From NCBI RefSeq assembly GCF_003704095.1, contig NW_020846568.1, forward strand, positions 62,001 to 126,000: DNA of 64,000 bases, written 5' to 3'. Origin of the DNA: Pocillopora damicornis. Taxonomy: Eukaryota. The translations under genes and the position numbers were made by a program. Every line of letters starts with the position of its first letter. Position 1 is the first letter of the stretch. Below the pieces are notes generated by a model that saw only the letters and a list, made by a program, of their open reading frames with translations, had not been told where the DNA came from and ran no database searches. Positions 1 through 11,462 of the stretch are shown piece by piece.

Positions 1-72
1 TCCCGTTTCTCTCGATATCGAGCTACTCACTTACAGTGATCAACATGACAATGTCTTTTTGCTTTACTTCAG

Positions 73-212
73 TGATAGAAAGCGCCAACGATAGAAATGT
101 TGACGATCTCCAACCAAAAAATACCGAAATTTCTGTCCTCGATAAGATTTTGGGACTGCCTCGATTCTTCTTCGGAAAACGAGAAGGAAAACTGCCAACA
201 GAACAAACCTGA
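73..212 (+). CDS. Terminal exon of a putative amidated neuropeptide precursor (predicted ...ILGLPRFFF-amide); upstream exon(s) probably outside the window
   Basis: Polypyrimidine acceptor (tttttgctttacttcag|, AG at 71-72), then IESANDRNVDDLQPKNTEISVLDKILGLPRFFFGKREGKLPTEQT* (TGA 210-212). An acidic spacer is followed by a Gly-Lys-Arg amidation/cleavage signal. Confidence 0.6.
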
Positions 213-2694
213 TCATAAAATCAAAGTGTGAAAGACATTGTAGACAGGCGAAGGTACATGTTTAACAAAAGACATGCTCTGCTTAAAAATAACTAATCCT
301 TCATGACAAGTATACAAGGCAACCATACAACACACCAGACAACAGTTATCAGGAACCGATTGACAATATTCACCAATGACATTAACGTAAAGTTGACAGG
401 TCTACGGAAAAGAAGGCAAAAGGGTGAGTCGTTCAACTTGAAGGTGAAACTAAAAATATATTAACTCTCTTCAACATTCAAAACAAACTTACAGTAGACA
501 TCACTCATCGCATTGGACTGAGTCTTCCAAGACGCAGGACGATTAAATTTATGCGTCATAATCAAGAGATCAAGAGGCGATTTTTCGCCAGTTACGAAAC
601 GCCTATGGCTGTTGTAAAGATAACTTTGTGCTGCAAGAGAGATTTTTTGTCTGTAGGTGGTGGGATTTTTTCCAGCGTCGTAGACTTGGTTGACTTCTTC
701 GAAATGATCTTTTCTAAATGAAAACTTTACTCAGATTCTGCCTGACTCAGCTATAGATTCTTGGTGACAAACGCAGAATGTTAATAATTCGGATGGAAGT
801 GACAACGCTGTTGAATGGAATTAGGATTTTATTTTACACATTGTGGTACTTAGGATTTTTAGCTTTGTTGCGAACAATTTGCAAATTAAGAGCGTTGTAG
901 ACTGATACTACTTTTTTTGCAGCAGCTTCATCTTTTTTGATATCGCGAAGGGCAAACTGGAACTGAAATTTTTTATTTCATTCGGTATAACAGTTGAACA
1001 GCATTCGCTTTGTTAGGGGGTTTTTATTCTCGAAGGGAACGAGAGCTGGCTTTTGTATGTTAATAAGGGAAATCATCGGGTGTTACCTCTCTCTCTCTCT
1101 CTTCGTTCATTCGAATCGTTTGCAGAACAAACCCGGGTCTCACCGACACATATGGCCTGAGTTTAGTTTCGTTATGGGAATAAGAGGAATAAGGGCGATA
1201 ATAGCTTTTTCTTTGTTCATATCCCATAATAAAATGATTGTGTCTGTTACCTGCTCAAGGCTGGCCCTTGCAATATAGTTGTTTTTCAGTAGAATTGAGC
1301 TTATATTAAGTAACGAACATTGCCATCAGATTAATAGTCAAGATTTTTAAATTGTTAGACTTATAATTACCAGTGTGCTCTCCTCGTAGAGACATCTTAC
1401 CAAAACGTTAGCAAAGACTACGAAAAAGAATCAGCATGCAGCAAAAGAGCACCTGTGTTCTTGGAAACTGGTAGCTCTAGTACAGTGTATTTAAAGAGAC
1501 AACCGTCAAAGACAGGACAGCATTTTTTTCGTGACAAAAGCATCTTTTTGTAATGCTTTAATAGGTCTGCAATGTGTTTGTGTGCACCACACTGTGTGCC
1601 AAATTTCATAAAAGTTTTCAGCTGATAAGTGTTTTGTCTAAGGTGCTACTTCAACTTGCAAGAAACCGGACTCGTCTAAGAAAAGCTAAATTGCTTCCAA
1701 GCGTTTGATACAAAATCCTAATCCTGTAAACATTGCAGGCCTGTTTCTGAGGCAGCAGTTTCATCCCCAGGTTCCTTTGTTGTGGACCATGCCATCACAG
1801 GAGCGAAAACCTGGAATAAAACTATCGGCTGGGAATATATTCAGCAGTAAATTAAGAAAAGGTAAAGTAATGAAACCCTATTTCTCATTCACAGAGATCA
1901 AACCTGTTTGACAAGTCTGGCGTTTAGTCTTGCATGTATGGCGCATTTATAGTGACAGAAGGAAAATAAAATCATGTTTAACCGTACGTCTTATTGACGA
2001 CACAATTTCATTGTCTAAGTGGCCTAGGGTAGCAACCTTGTAAATGCCGGCGCAACTCGATTATTCGGACACGGGATTGGACTGAATAAAGAGAGTCTGG
2101 ATAATCAGAAATATGTATGTTAATGAACCAAAAATAAAACTGAATACGAATCACTTAATCAATACTATACAAGAATTACAGGGCTGTCTTAAATTATCGT
2201 GTATCACTGCTAACGTTGGCTAAAGTATTTACAAAGCATTTACGACAACAACGTTTTACGACCAAAAATGCTGACGTAGATGTACAAACTATAACATACA
2301 AACTATCGGTATATTTTATCCGTGATTGCCTAAATTTTTCCCCACCAATCCGAAGCAAATATGAAAACTCCTCACAGAGCAATATCTAGGTCATTACATC
2401 GACTAATTCACACAGCGTAAACAGAGAATGGCGCCCCATGAGGTCATCTTCTAAATTAACTAAGGTTATTTTATTACTGTTGGTCGCGTTCTCATGATTA
2501 AAGATGATGTTCAGTTTGTCAAAAAGAAAGAGGTAACCAGACAATACAGCCACGCAGTTTTATTAATTTTACATTGAGGTTTCAAACTGCAAACTTAAAA
2601 TTTTCGTTTCCGGCTTAAAATTATAAGCAATCCATTTTCTATTTCTAAATGCTCTTGTGGCTTAACTCAATCAGCAATCCTTGGTTTACATCTT

Positions 2695-3750
2695 TTACTG
2701 ATTAACATCCTGGAGTTCGTCTCTTTCCATTTTGCAAACATCGTTCATGGTAGCGCACATGTTCCTAATAGTCCTCCGGACATTACTTAATTTCTGCAAT
2801 TGAGTAAAAACGTAACAATTCATTCTTTAAGGTAAGCTGAAGAAAAATATACTCGTGGGCATGTATACATTACTTTTGTTCCTAGCGATACTGATTCTTG
2901 CTTAAAATGCTAGACCACCTCTTTTCCTTCCGATTCGTCATGTTAATCAATAAATTACCGCCAAACATCGCCACAAGAAAGTGATCATGATTATCTAAAA
3001 CGAAACCGACTATCTTCACTTTCCCTTTATTATTCTCTTTCTTTCCTTCTTTCTTTCTTTCTTTTTTTCTTTCTTTTTTATTATTTTTTCCGTTCTTTCT
3101 TTCTTTCTTTGCTTTGTATCTGTATTTCAAACTTGCTGCCTTGAAGTTTCCCTTCAACTGCAAAATTTGTATATTCCGATTTATGGCTAAGCCAAGTCGC
3201 ACTTAAGTGATCAGATTTCGAGAAGTATGAAATCAAACATCAGTCCTTCAAGAAAGAGCTGAAAGAGAGGGCAAATTTTACGTTCAGATAGGATTTCTGA
3301 AGCCGAAACAATTTCAATGAAAGTAATGGTCACATTATCACGTTTTTCTTATTCGTGGGATTTAATTGCAAAAGGAGCGAGTCCGGTCCTTTTTTTGTCC
3401 AACTACAACTTTTTCCTATCTTCAGTGCGAATGCCAAGTGTTGCATGTAATAACTCAAATATAATTTATCTCGTGCCTTTTCACGCCATCGATGACCCGG
3501 CCCATCTAATAGCCACAAACGTATAAAAGATTTCAATGAACTGCATTTCTGTAGGGCGTCATTTAAAAAATAACGCAATTTTAAAACACATTTTAAAAAA
3601 TCTCATAGAAAAAAAAAGAATGAAATTTACCAAGACGGATGATCTCTTTCCATTAAAGTCAGGGTTGTGACTTGCAAGTGCCTCCGTTTCGGACTTTAAA
3701 CTGGCTGCTAGCAGAACACAAAATGTTACAATAATAATCTTGCCGTCCAT
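2695..3750 (-). CDS. Secreted peptide precursor, paralogue 1 (72 aa, 2 exons)
   Basis: Exon 1 3750-3631 MDGKIIIVTFCVLLAASLKSETEA-LASHNPDFN-GKR-SSVL, donor gtaaat. Exon 2 2793-2695 after ttgcag: KLSNVRRTIRNMCATMNDVCKMERDELQDVNQ*. Phase-0 intron, TATAAA at 3815-3820, AATAAA near 2560. Confidence 0.85.
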
Positions 3751-4450
3751 TTCTGAAAAGTAAGTGAAAGATAAACGACTTTAACCTAAATGAACGTCTG
3801 CTCACGAGCTCAAATTTATAGTGGACCCTTGCACATATTTAGTTATCTAATACTTAAAGATATGCCCTCAAATGGGTTCCTCTGACGCCAACATTGTCTC
3901 CAAAGTGTGGTTCATTTTATCACAGAATGTATCAAATGTCCTAGCAGCCGCCCTACGAGACAAGGTCAAATTTAAGTTAAAGAGCAAAAGCATTAGATAC
4001 CAGAGATTCTAAATACGTTAACAAGCATTCTCTTTGATAAATCAGTGATAAAAAATACTGATAATCATTAATACGATGTTTTTGTTGAGCAACGTTTAAT
4101 TTTCGATGATAAAATAACATACAGAAAAAAAGTGAAAAACAGGCTCCATTATAATTTTAAAAACACGAGCAGGTTGATAAAAGGTAACATTAATTGCCTG
4201 TAGTACAAGATAGTACTGATTGGGACAACAGCAAAATAGTGTTTGAACATCTGTTTAGTACTTAAGAAGTAAATGCGTCTCTAATTGATGTACCGCCCAT
4301 TTACACGTTCAAAAAACGTTAAAAAGATCAATTTTCTTTAGTCCACTTCTAAATGGCGACAGTTTGACGGAAAATGAGAGTAACATAAATCGTGCCTTCC
4401 AAGGAAATTAGGTCATAGCGTTCGAAAAACCACTTATTTTTGTAATGCAT
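3751..4450 (-). promoter_or_regulatory. Conserved upstream region of peptide paralogue 1, homologous to about 7726-8420 and 11463-12140
   Basis: Colinear motifs shared by paralogues 1-3: TATAAA (3815-3820, 7776-7781, 11529-11534), TGACGCCAA (3883, 7844, 11596), ATGGCG (about 4353, 8318, 12026) and the TTCC-NN-GGAA palindrome (4397, 8368, 12084). Confidence 0.6.
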
Positions 4451-4939
4451 TGTAGTTTAATTTTTTTTATATCATGATTTATTTTACTAACAATTTAAAA
4501 AATATGTGCTAGCCTTATGGTCATTAATGTAAGAAAGAGACAATAGCTTGAGCTAGGGGTTTGGCGTTAGCTTTAAGAAAGTAGTCATCATTCCAGAAAC
4601 TGAACGTCCGAAAGCGAAACCTTTTTTTTTTCTTTGTGAAGTGTTTCTTCGCCATTTTTATCTATTCAAAGTAAATTATTATTGAATCTTAACAGTCAAA
4701 TCATTGGTTAACCAAAATTGAAAAACTTTCGAGGTTTTGAGAGATTGAAAGCATTAATCGCTGTGATCGTAAGTGTTCATTCTTTAGTAAAAAGGTATTT
4801 TTAAGTGTAACGATTTCGACAACCAAGGTACAGAAAAGATTGAAGAAACTTGGCGTTTTTCTCGCTAAATTTGCCAGAGTAAGAGTATAAGAAAGATAAG
4901 GGGGTGGAAACAGGCTCAGCTTTTAATGATGATGAAAAA

Positions 4940-5050
4940 TGAATTTGAAAGCGATCTTCGTAGTTATGAACGCTTCTTAAGCAGTAGTGAAAATAAGGCC
5001 TGAAAAAAAAATCATAATCCGTAGTTCACATATATGATGTTCATACATTT
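4940..5050. repeat. Truncated SINE-like interspersed repeat
   Basis: The sequence gaaagcgatcttcgtagttatgaac...agcagtagtgaaaataaggcctgaaaaaa...cacatatatgat resembles an abundant scleractinian repeat, recognised from memory. It has no evident counterpart in the paralogous unit upstream of paralogue 2. Confidence 0.4.
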
Positions 5051-6748
5051 AGTTATTTAATTCTAAAACAAAAGTAAAGAAACAAAAAAAATTTTCGTCG
5101 TCCAGATTTATTATTGCATGACGCTGAAGAGATACAGAGTTTAACGGTGGTTAAGTGAAAGACTTCAATTTGCATGAAAGGCAGCGGGGTGGGGACGCTG
5201 GTGGGGGGGTGGAGGGGTATACCCGTTGGCGTAATAGTAGAGTACGAGGGATTACGGTTTGGACTAAAGGACGGGCATTACCGAACAAAACCTGCTTAAA
5301 GAGTGGGCATACAACATGTAGAAAAATTGTCCACCAAAAGATTGATCCGTATGAAAACGTTCAAAGACCGCGGTGGCTGTGTAGTCCGTCTAATCAATGT
5401 CTGCCAAATGATTGCGTAAACCGTTGTTAAGCATTTCAGTATAAGCGCGAGGACTGACTACACCGCAAAACCTCCATAGAACAGGCGTGAAAAACAGCAC
5501 ATACTAGAAGGTATCAATCATTCAGCGTAGTTCTACCAAAGGATTCATGTCTCTAAAAGCTTAGTGAACTAAACGCTAAGCTTACTTGGGTAACTTTAAA
5601 GAAATTGGAGTCCCATTGCTCAGAGTAAAACTCGTACAGTCATCCGACTGCTTCTCAAAATGCAACAGACCATACTGCTTTTTGCGATTAAACAGTCCAC
5701 TTGTACACTTGATATAACTTACTTTTACGAAAAGCGAAGACTCAGTTGCGTTAAAATTTATTCATTCGAAAGAGCATTTCAGTCCCAAAAATAAGATTCG
5801 CTACTTCTTCCATCTTTTTCCGATTAGTGTAGATGGGTAAGCCTGACTCGGCATACGGTTGAATTGATCCGCTACAGTTTCAATTGGTCGCATGTCTGGT
5901 TCATGACAAATGATTGGTCAGTTTTCTTAACTTTAAGACTCGAGTAGTCCTTACTGAACTGGCTATCTTCGTTTCGTTAGTTTTACGTTGATTTCGTGTA
6001 CTGGTTCTTGTCGTTGTTGCTATCTGTGTAGGATCATTACCTGAAAGTAGTTCCCCCTGTAGACCAGGTATTGACAAGAGTGGCTGTCAAAAGAGCGATA
6101 CGTGAATGGATCCAGGTCAGTAATGTGACCGTCGATATCACCAACAACATTTCCCTGTTCTCCACACTCGTTTGTGTTAGGGCGGTCTTTTCTGCAGGCT
6201 TCTGCCATAAGCAGCACCCGATCCTGTTAACCGATTCTTGTCTTTTGTTTGGATCACCCCAAAAAAGGGCAAGAACGTTGCTCATGGATGTCGTAGAGTA
6301 CAGAGCAGTCCTCTAACTACCTACGCGGATATCTAAATTTTTCGGGCGTACCCCTGGCAAGCAGTGTAGTCAATGAAGTCGTCGGAGTCGTGTCTGCGTT
6401 TTGTTATGTATTTTCCGAAGTACTGTGGGTGTTTAAGTTCAGTGAAGTCTTCCTTGTAATTGATCAGGGGAAAAAACACGGCTTAAAAATTTGTTTTCGA
6501 CCTATAGATTTAATTTTATGAATATTGCCTGTCCTTCATAATTTGAGGGGTCTTTTTTTCTGTTGATAGCGGTCTTACTATTAAAAAAGGATAATCTGAA
6601 TCAAATCAAATAAAATAATCAGAAAATACACGTAAGCAATCTTTATTATTTTACAAGAAGGTTTAAACTGTGACCTTTGAAAAGATGTTGTCAGCTTAGC
6701 TCAATCAGCAATCCATTTTGAAGTTTTTAATGTTGTAGTCTTCTGATC

Positions 6749-7725
6749 TCAATTATCAATCCAATTTACATCTTTTGCTGATTTAAATCCTGTAGATGTT
6801 TTCCCTGCGTGTCTCCTCCGGCAAAACTGTAAGTAAGTAAAACAGCTGATCGGTTAGAGGTATTTGACGAAACATTTACTTGTAGGCATACATGGATGAC
6901 TTTTCAAAGAACCTAGATGTACCTCCTCTCTACTGTATAAAAGTTCAATCGGCAAAGATAGGGGAAATGGAAAACACCTTGCAACTTGCGAACTGCCAGG
7001 AAATTCACCAAGAAACTCTCAAATGTGTGGCTTAAAATACTTAACTTGATCTTTCTCACCCGATTGCCAATGTTACTCAAGTAAACCACCACTAAGCAAG
7101 CCATAAGAAAACAAAAACCTATTTAGTTATGATTGTCGTCAACTTTTAACCCTGCCAATTATCTCTGAGTTTTCCTTTCTCTCTGTCTTCTGTCTCTCTT
7201 TCTGTATTTTTTACTTTTTCTGCTTCGTTGCTTATTTTATTATTTGATTTCTTTTTATATTGCTTCCTTTTTTCTTTGCTTATTTTATTATTTGATTTCT
7301 CTTAGCATTGCTTTTTTTTCTTGCAACTTTTCCTTTCTATTGCAATTCTGTGTACTGTGTCTGAGCCAGGTGGCATTTGCGTGAGAAAGAGAAAAATGAA
7401 ATCTAGCATCAATCGTTCAAGAAAGAACCAGCGAAGTTAGAAAATTTTATTCTCAAACGAGATCTCTGAAGCTGACACATCAACTGGCTCCGTCAATAGC
7501 AGTAACATTGTGAATAACGAATGATGGTTATGATTTTCTACGTTGCTGTGAGGCATCATTATTACAAAGCAAACATGTCACACAAAAAAAATTAAAATAA
7601 TTTACCGAGCGAAGTTCTCTCTTCCCATTGAAGTTACAGTCTTGACTAAAAACTGCCTCTGTTTCATACATTAAACGGGCCGCCAGCAGGACGCAAAATA
7701 CTAAGGTGATAGTCTTGCTGTTCAT
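6749..7725 (-). CDS. Secreted peptide precursor, paralogue 2 (exon 2 internally deleted and frameshifted; variant gene or pseudogene)
   Basis: Exon 1 7725-7606 MNSKTITLVFCVLLAARLMYETEA-VFSQDCNFN-GKR-ELRS, donor gtaaat. Exon 2 6826-6749 after ttacag: FCRRRHAGKTSTGFKSAKDVNWIDN*. The paralogous LQDLNQ sequence is present but in a shifted frame. TATAAA at 7776-7781. Confidence 0.7.
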
Positions 7726-10605
7726 GTCTGGAAAGTAAGTGAAACCTTCATTACATGTCCGTTCACGAGCCCATATTTATAGTGGAGCCTTGCTCATAAT
7801 TTGTCATGTAATACTGAAAGAAATGCCCTGAATAGAGTTGTTTTGACGCCAACATCGTTTCCGTGGCGTGGTTAACCAGTTTTATCTCAGGATTAGTAAA
7901 TTGCCCCAACAGTCGCTCCAGGAGATAAGGTCAAACTGTAGTTTAAGAGTTAAAGTTGGAATGCTAGAGAGGTCAGAAATAAGTTGACATGCATTATTTT
8001 TAATCCATTAGTAATAAAAATAGGGATAATTATTTTTAGGTTGCTTTTGTTGGGTAACATTTTATTTGATGATCAAAAAAAATACAAGAAATAAAACGAA
8101 AAAAGAAAGGTTTCCATTTTTTATTTAAAAACACGAGCAGGTTGATGAGAGGTAGCAGTAATTGTCCATAATATAAGATAGCGTTGAGTGGGACGACAGC
8201 TAAAGAGCGTTTGGACATATGTTCATTACTTAAGTAAATGTTTCTCCAATTAATCTACTATCAACCTACACGACAAAATAACATTTGAGAGACTAATCTC
8301 CTTTGGCCCACCTCAAAATGGCGGTAATCAGATGGAAAAAGAACCCCACAATTACCGGATTACTTCCTTCCACGGAAATTAGTTCATAGCTTTCCTAAAA
8401 GCACTTATTTTTGTATTAGTAGGGTTTTTTTACATATCAGTGTTGATTCTAATGGTATTTAACTGGCTTTCAATGATTTGTACAGTTGTACGTTCACGAA
8501 ATGCGTTGCTTTACGTTCATGATTTAACGTAGACACGATGAAGAGGTTGTCGAGCTACAAAAAACGCAGATTAAGCTCGGTTAAGTTTTATTTTTTGGAA
8601 ATAAAGCCGGTTAGCAAATTTAAGGAGTGCTTCCCTAGCTTTTAAAAATGTAATTATCACGAAGGAAATCGTCCCATAAATGATATCGAACATTTTGTTC
8701 ATTTGCGACACGATTCTTAGCGACACAATTGTTAGCGATTTTTATTCCTCGAACGAAATAATTCCTTGATCTTACCCTTCAAATCATTAGTTACCGGAAA
8801 TTAAAAAAAAAAAAACCAAAAAACCACTTGATAAGATGTTGTGAGGTTAAAAGGCATACATATCTGCGATCTTGAGTGGGCTTCAGGAATATTCCGCTTT
8901 AAAGGAACCCTTCCTCGTGAAATTATATCTTAAATGGTAGAGATTTCGGTAGCCAAGGTACAGAAAGATCGAGGGAGCCTAGAGTTTTTTTTATTAAACT
9001 ATGAGCATTACCGCGAAAGGGTTTCTTTACGATTGAATTTCAAAAGGTTATTCACCAGAGGTCGATCAACCAGAGTCTTTCGTTTAAAAGCATTTAAGGG
9101 CCAGTGTGTCTGTGTGGCTGTGCAGCCTAGTCTAGCCAATGTCTGCCAAACGACCGAGTAACAATTAAACTTTTTGTCAGAATAGGGATTGATTAGACTA
9201 GAAAGCCTTTCCATAGTATGAAAATTAAAAGCATTATATACTAGAAGGCGTCAGTCTGTCAGTCAGTCTAATTCTTCGTGAGGGAGTTACTTCTATGATC
9301 AACTAAACACTAAGATCATTATACAGTCTACCTGATACTACATAAATATGCACTCTTATCACACGGAGCAAACGCTCACAGAAACACATAGGAAGACTCA
9401 CATAGTCACCCAACTGGATTTAACGATACAAGAGACAATACTACCCGTTTTAATTAAGCAGCGCACTTGCAAACTGGATTTAACTTGCATATACAAAAGC
9501 AGTTTTTCCGTCATAGAATACTAGCGGTTGTCATGTCAGAATAAAGAAAAGTTCCCTTTTCAATATGTTTGCAATGAGACACAAGCCCGGCTTCTATAAA
9601 AAGGTGAAAAAATACCCGCTTGGAAAAGCGTTTCAGAACCAAAAATTTTGCTTGCTTTCTCATTTTTTCTTTTTTGGATTGGTGAGGATGGTAGGCCAAA
9701 TTTAACGTGAGGTTGAAGTTGCTCGTTCACATTCATTTTTATCCGGTATAGTCTCGATGGGGCCTGTGTCTGGTTCATGGCAGCTGATTGGTCATTTTTT
9801 ATCGTGGTATCATTGACTGTATCACTCGAGTATGTCCAAATTGGTCAGCTTCATGGTCAATCGCTTCCATCTGAGCATCTGATCTTATCACCCGCTTCTT
9901 GTCTTTTAATTGGTTCATTCAAATAAATGGCAAGAACTTTTATCATCAGTGTCATTGCGCTCAGACTGGTTTTGAGCCACGCGAAAATTTTAAGGTTTTA
10001 GAAATGCCCTCTGCGTGGATTGTAGTCAACGTAGTCGTTAGAGTTGAGATTGGGTTCTTTTTCTTGTTTCCGTGGTATTGTGATCGTTGACTTAATAAAG
10101 TCGGTCTTTTACTTGCTCTTGGACAAATAACGGCTGAATACGTTAAATTTGTATTTGTTAATTGACGACCGCATCAATAATACGAATATCGTGACAGTGT
10201 CCTTTATAATTGAGGGGTCTCTTATATTGGTTGATCGCGGTCTTATAAATAAAACATAGGATGACCAGTTTTTTTAAGATCAATAGAAACACTAAGAAAA
10301 AACGTGTGCATTTTTTATGGCAGATAAACAGATAAACATCATCGACCTAATTACTTATTACGAGTATCGAGACAGTCCCCTTTATGAAAGGGTCGTTTTT
10401 TCCTCGATTAGTGCCTTATGAAAGAAAAAGGATATTCAATTTTCTGAGATAAAAACAAAATCGTCAGAAAATTCTTGCACGCAATTTTATTGATTTTACA
10501 AGAGAGTTTCAACACCTCTGAAATGTTCTAGTCAGCTTAGTTCACTCTTCTATCCATTTAACACCTTGAATAGTTGTAATCGGTTTAACTCAACCAGCAA
10601 TCCAT

Positions 10606-11462
10606 TTACTTCTTTAACTGATCAAAATCCTGCAGTTCGTCTCTTTCCGTTTTGCAAACATCGTTCATGGAAGCGCACAGGTTCCTGATATTCCTCCGGA
10701 CATTGCCTAATTTCTGCAAGTGAGTAAAAACAGTTCATTCTTTATGGTTGACTGAAGAAAAATATACTCGTCTGTATTCATCGATGACTTTTTAAAAGTA
10801 TTATGACGTCATTTGCGGCACCCTTATCACTATGTCATGAAAAGTAACGTTTAACTAAGTTAAGAGTAACTGAAGATACCTCATGACTTACGAGCTGCAA
10901 ACTAAACCTAATTTTTTTTGTATTTTCATCCCTGATATATGGCAGATTTTATATTTCGAGAACTATGAAATGTGACATCGATTCTTTAAGAATAAACAAG
11001 TTAAGATAGCAAATATAACAATTGGATGGGAACTCTAAAGCTGGCACGGCTTGAAGAGAAGAAATGTTCCCTTTTTTCTTTTTGGATTAACATCACAGCA
11101 GCGTGAGCTTTGGCCTCGTTCTGTCCGACCTCAGTTTTTATCATCCCGATTTTAGAGAAAAAGGCCATTCATCAATTCCAATTTGATTAAGTTCGAGATC
11201 CATAAACGTCACCAATAACCCCGCTAAAGCTGGTTGTTTCATGAAAAAGTTCAGTGATATTTCTAACTGACTGCACTGCTGTAGGCCATAAACTGGAAAA
11301 TTAGGGGATTTAAAGAATTTTGAAAAAAAAACAATATAACAAACTGACCAATGATCTCTTTCCATTATTGTCCGGGTTCTGGCTGTAAACGGCCTCTGTT
11401 TCTGACATAAAACTAGCTGCCAACAGGACGCAAAATACCAACACGACGGCCTTACTGTCCAT
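10606..11462 (-). CDS. Secreted peptide precursor, paralogue 3 (73 aa, 2 exons)
   Basis: Exon 1 11462-11349 MDSKAVVLVFCVLLAASFMSETEA-VYSQNPDNN-GKR-SL, donor gtcagt; this is a different frame from the track ORF 11141..11515. Exon 2 10713-10606 KLGNVRRNIRNLCASMNDVCKTERDELQDFDQLKK*. TATAAA at 11529-11534. Confidence 0.85.

Noticed and set aside
2882-3202. Lys/Glu-rich 106-aa ORF
   Set aside because: Translation of a (TTTC)n-like low-complexity tract in the intron of paralogue 1.
6020-6316. Three overlapping ORFs in a more GC-rich patch between paralogues 1 and 2
   Set aside because: No recognisable domain or consistent exon chain. It may be an inserted fragment, but that cannot be supported from the sequence.
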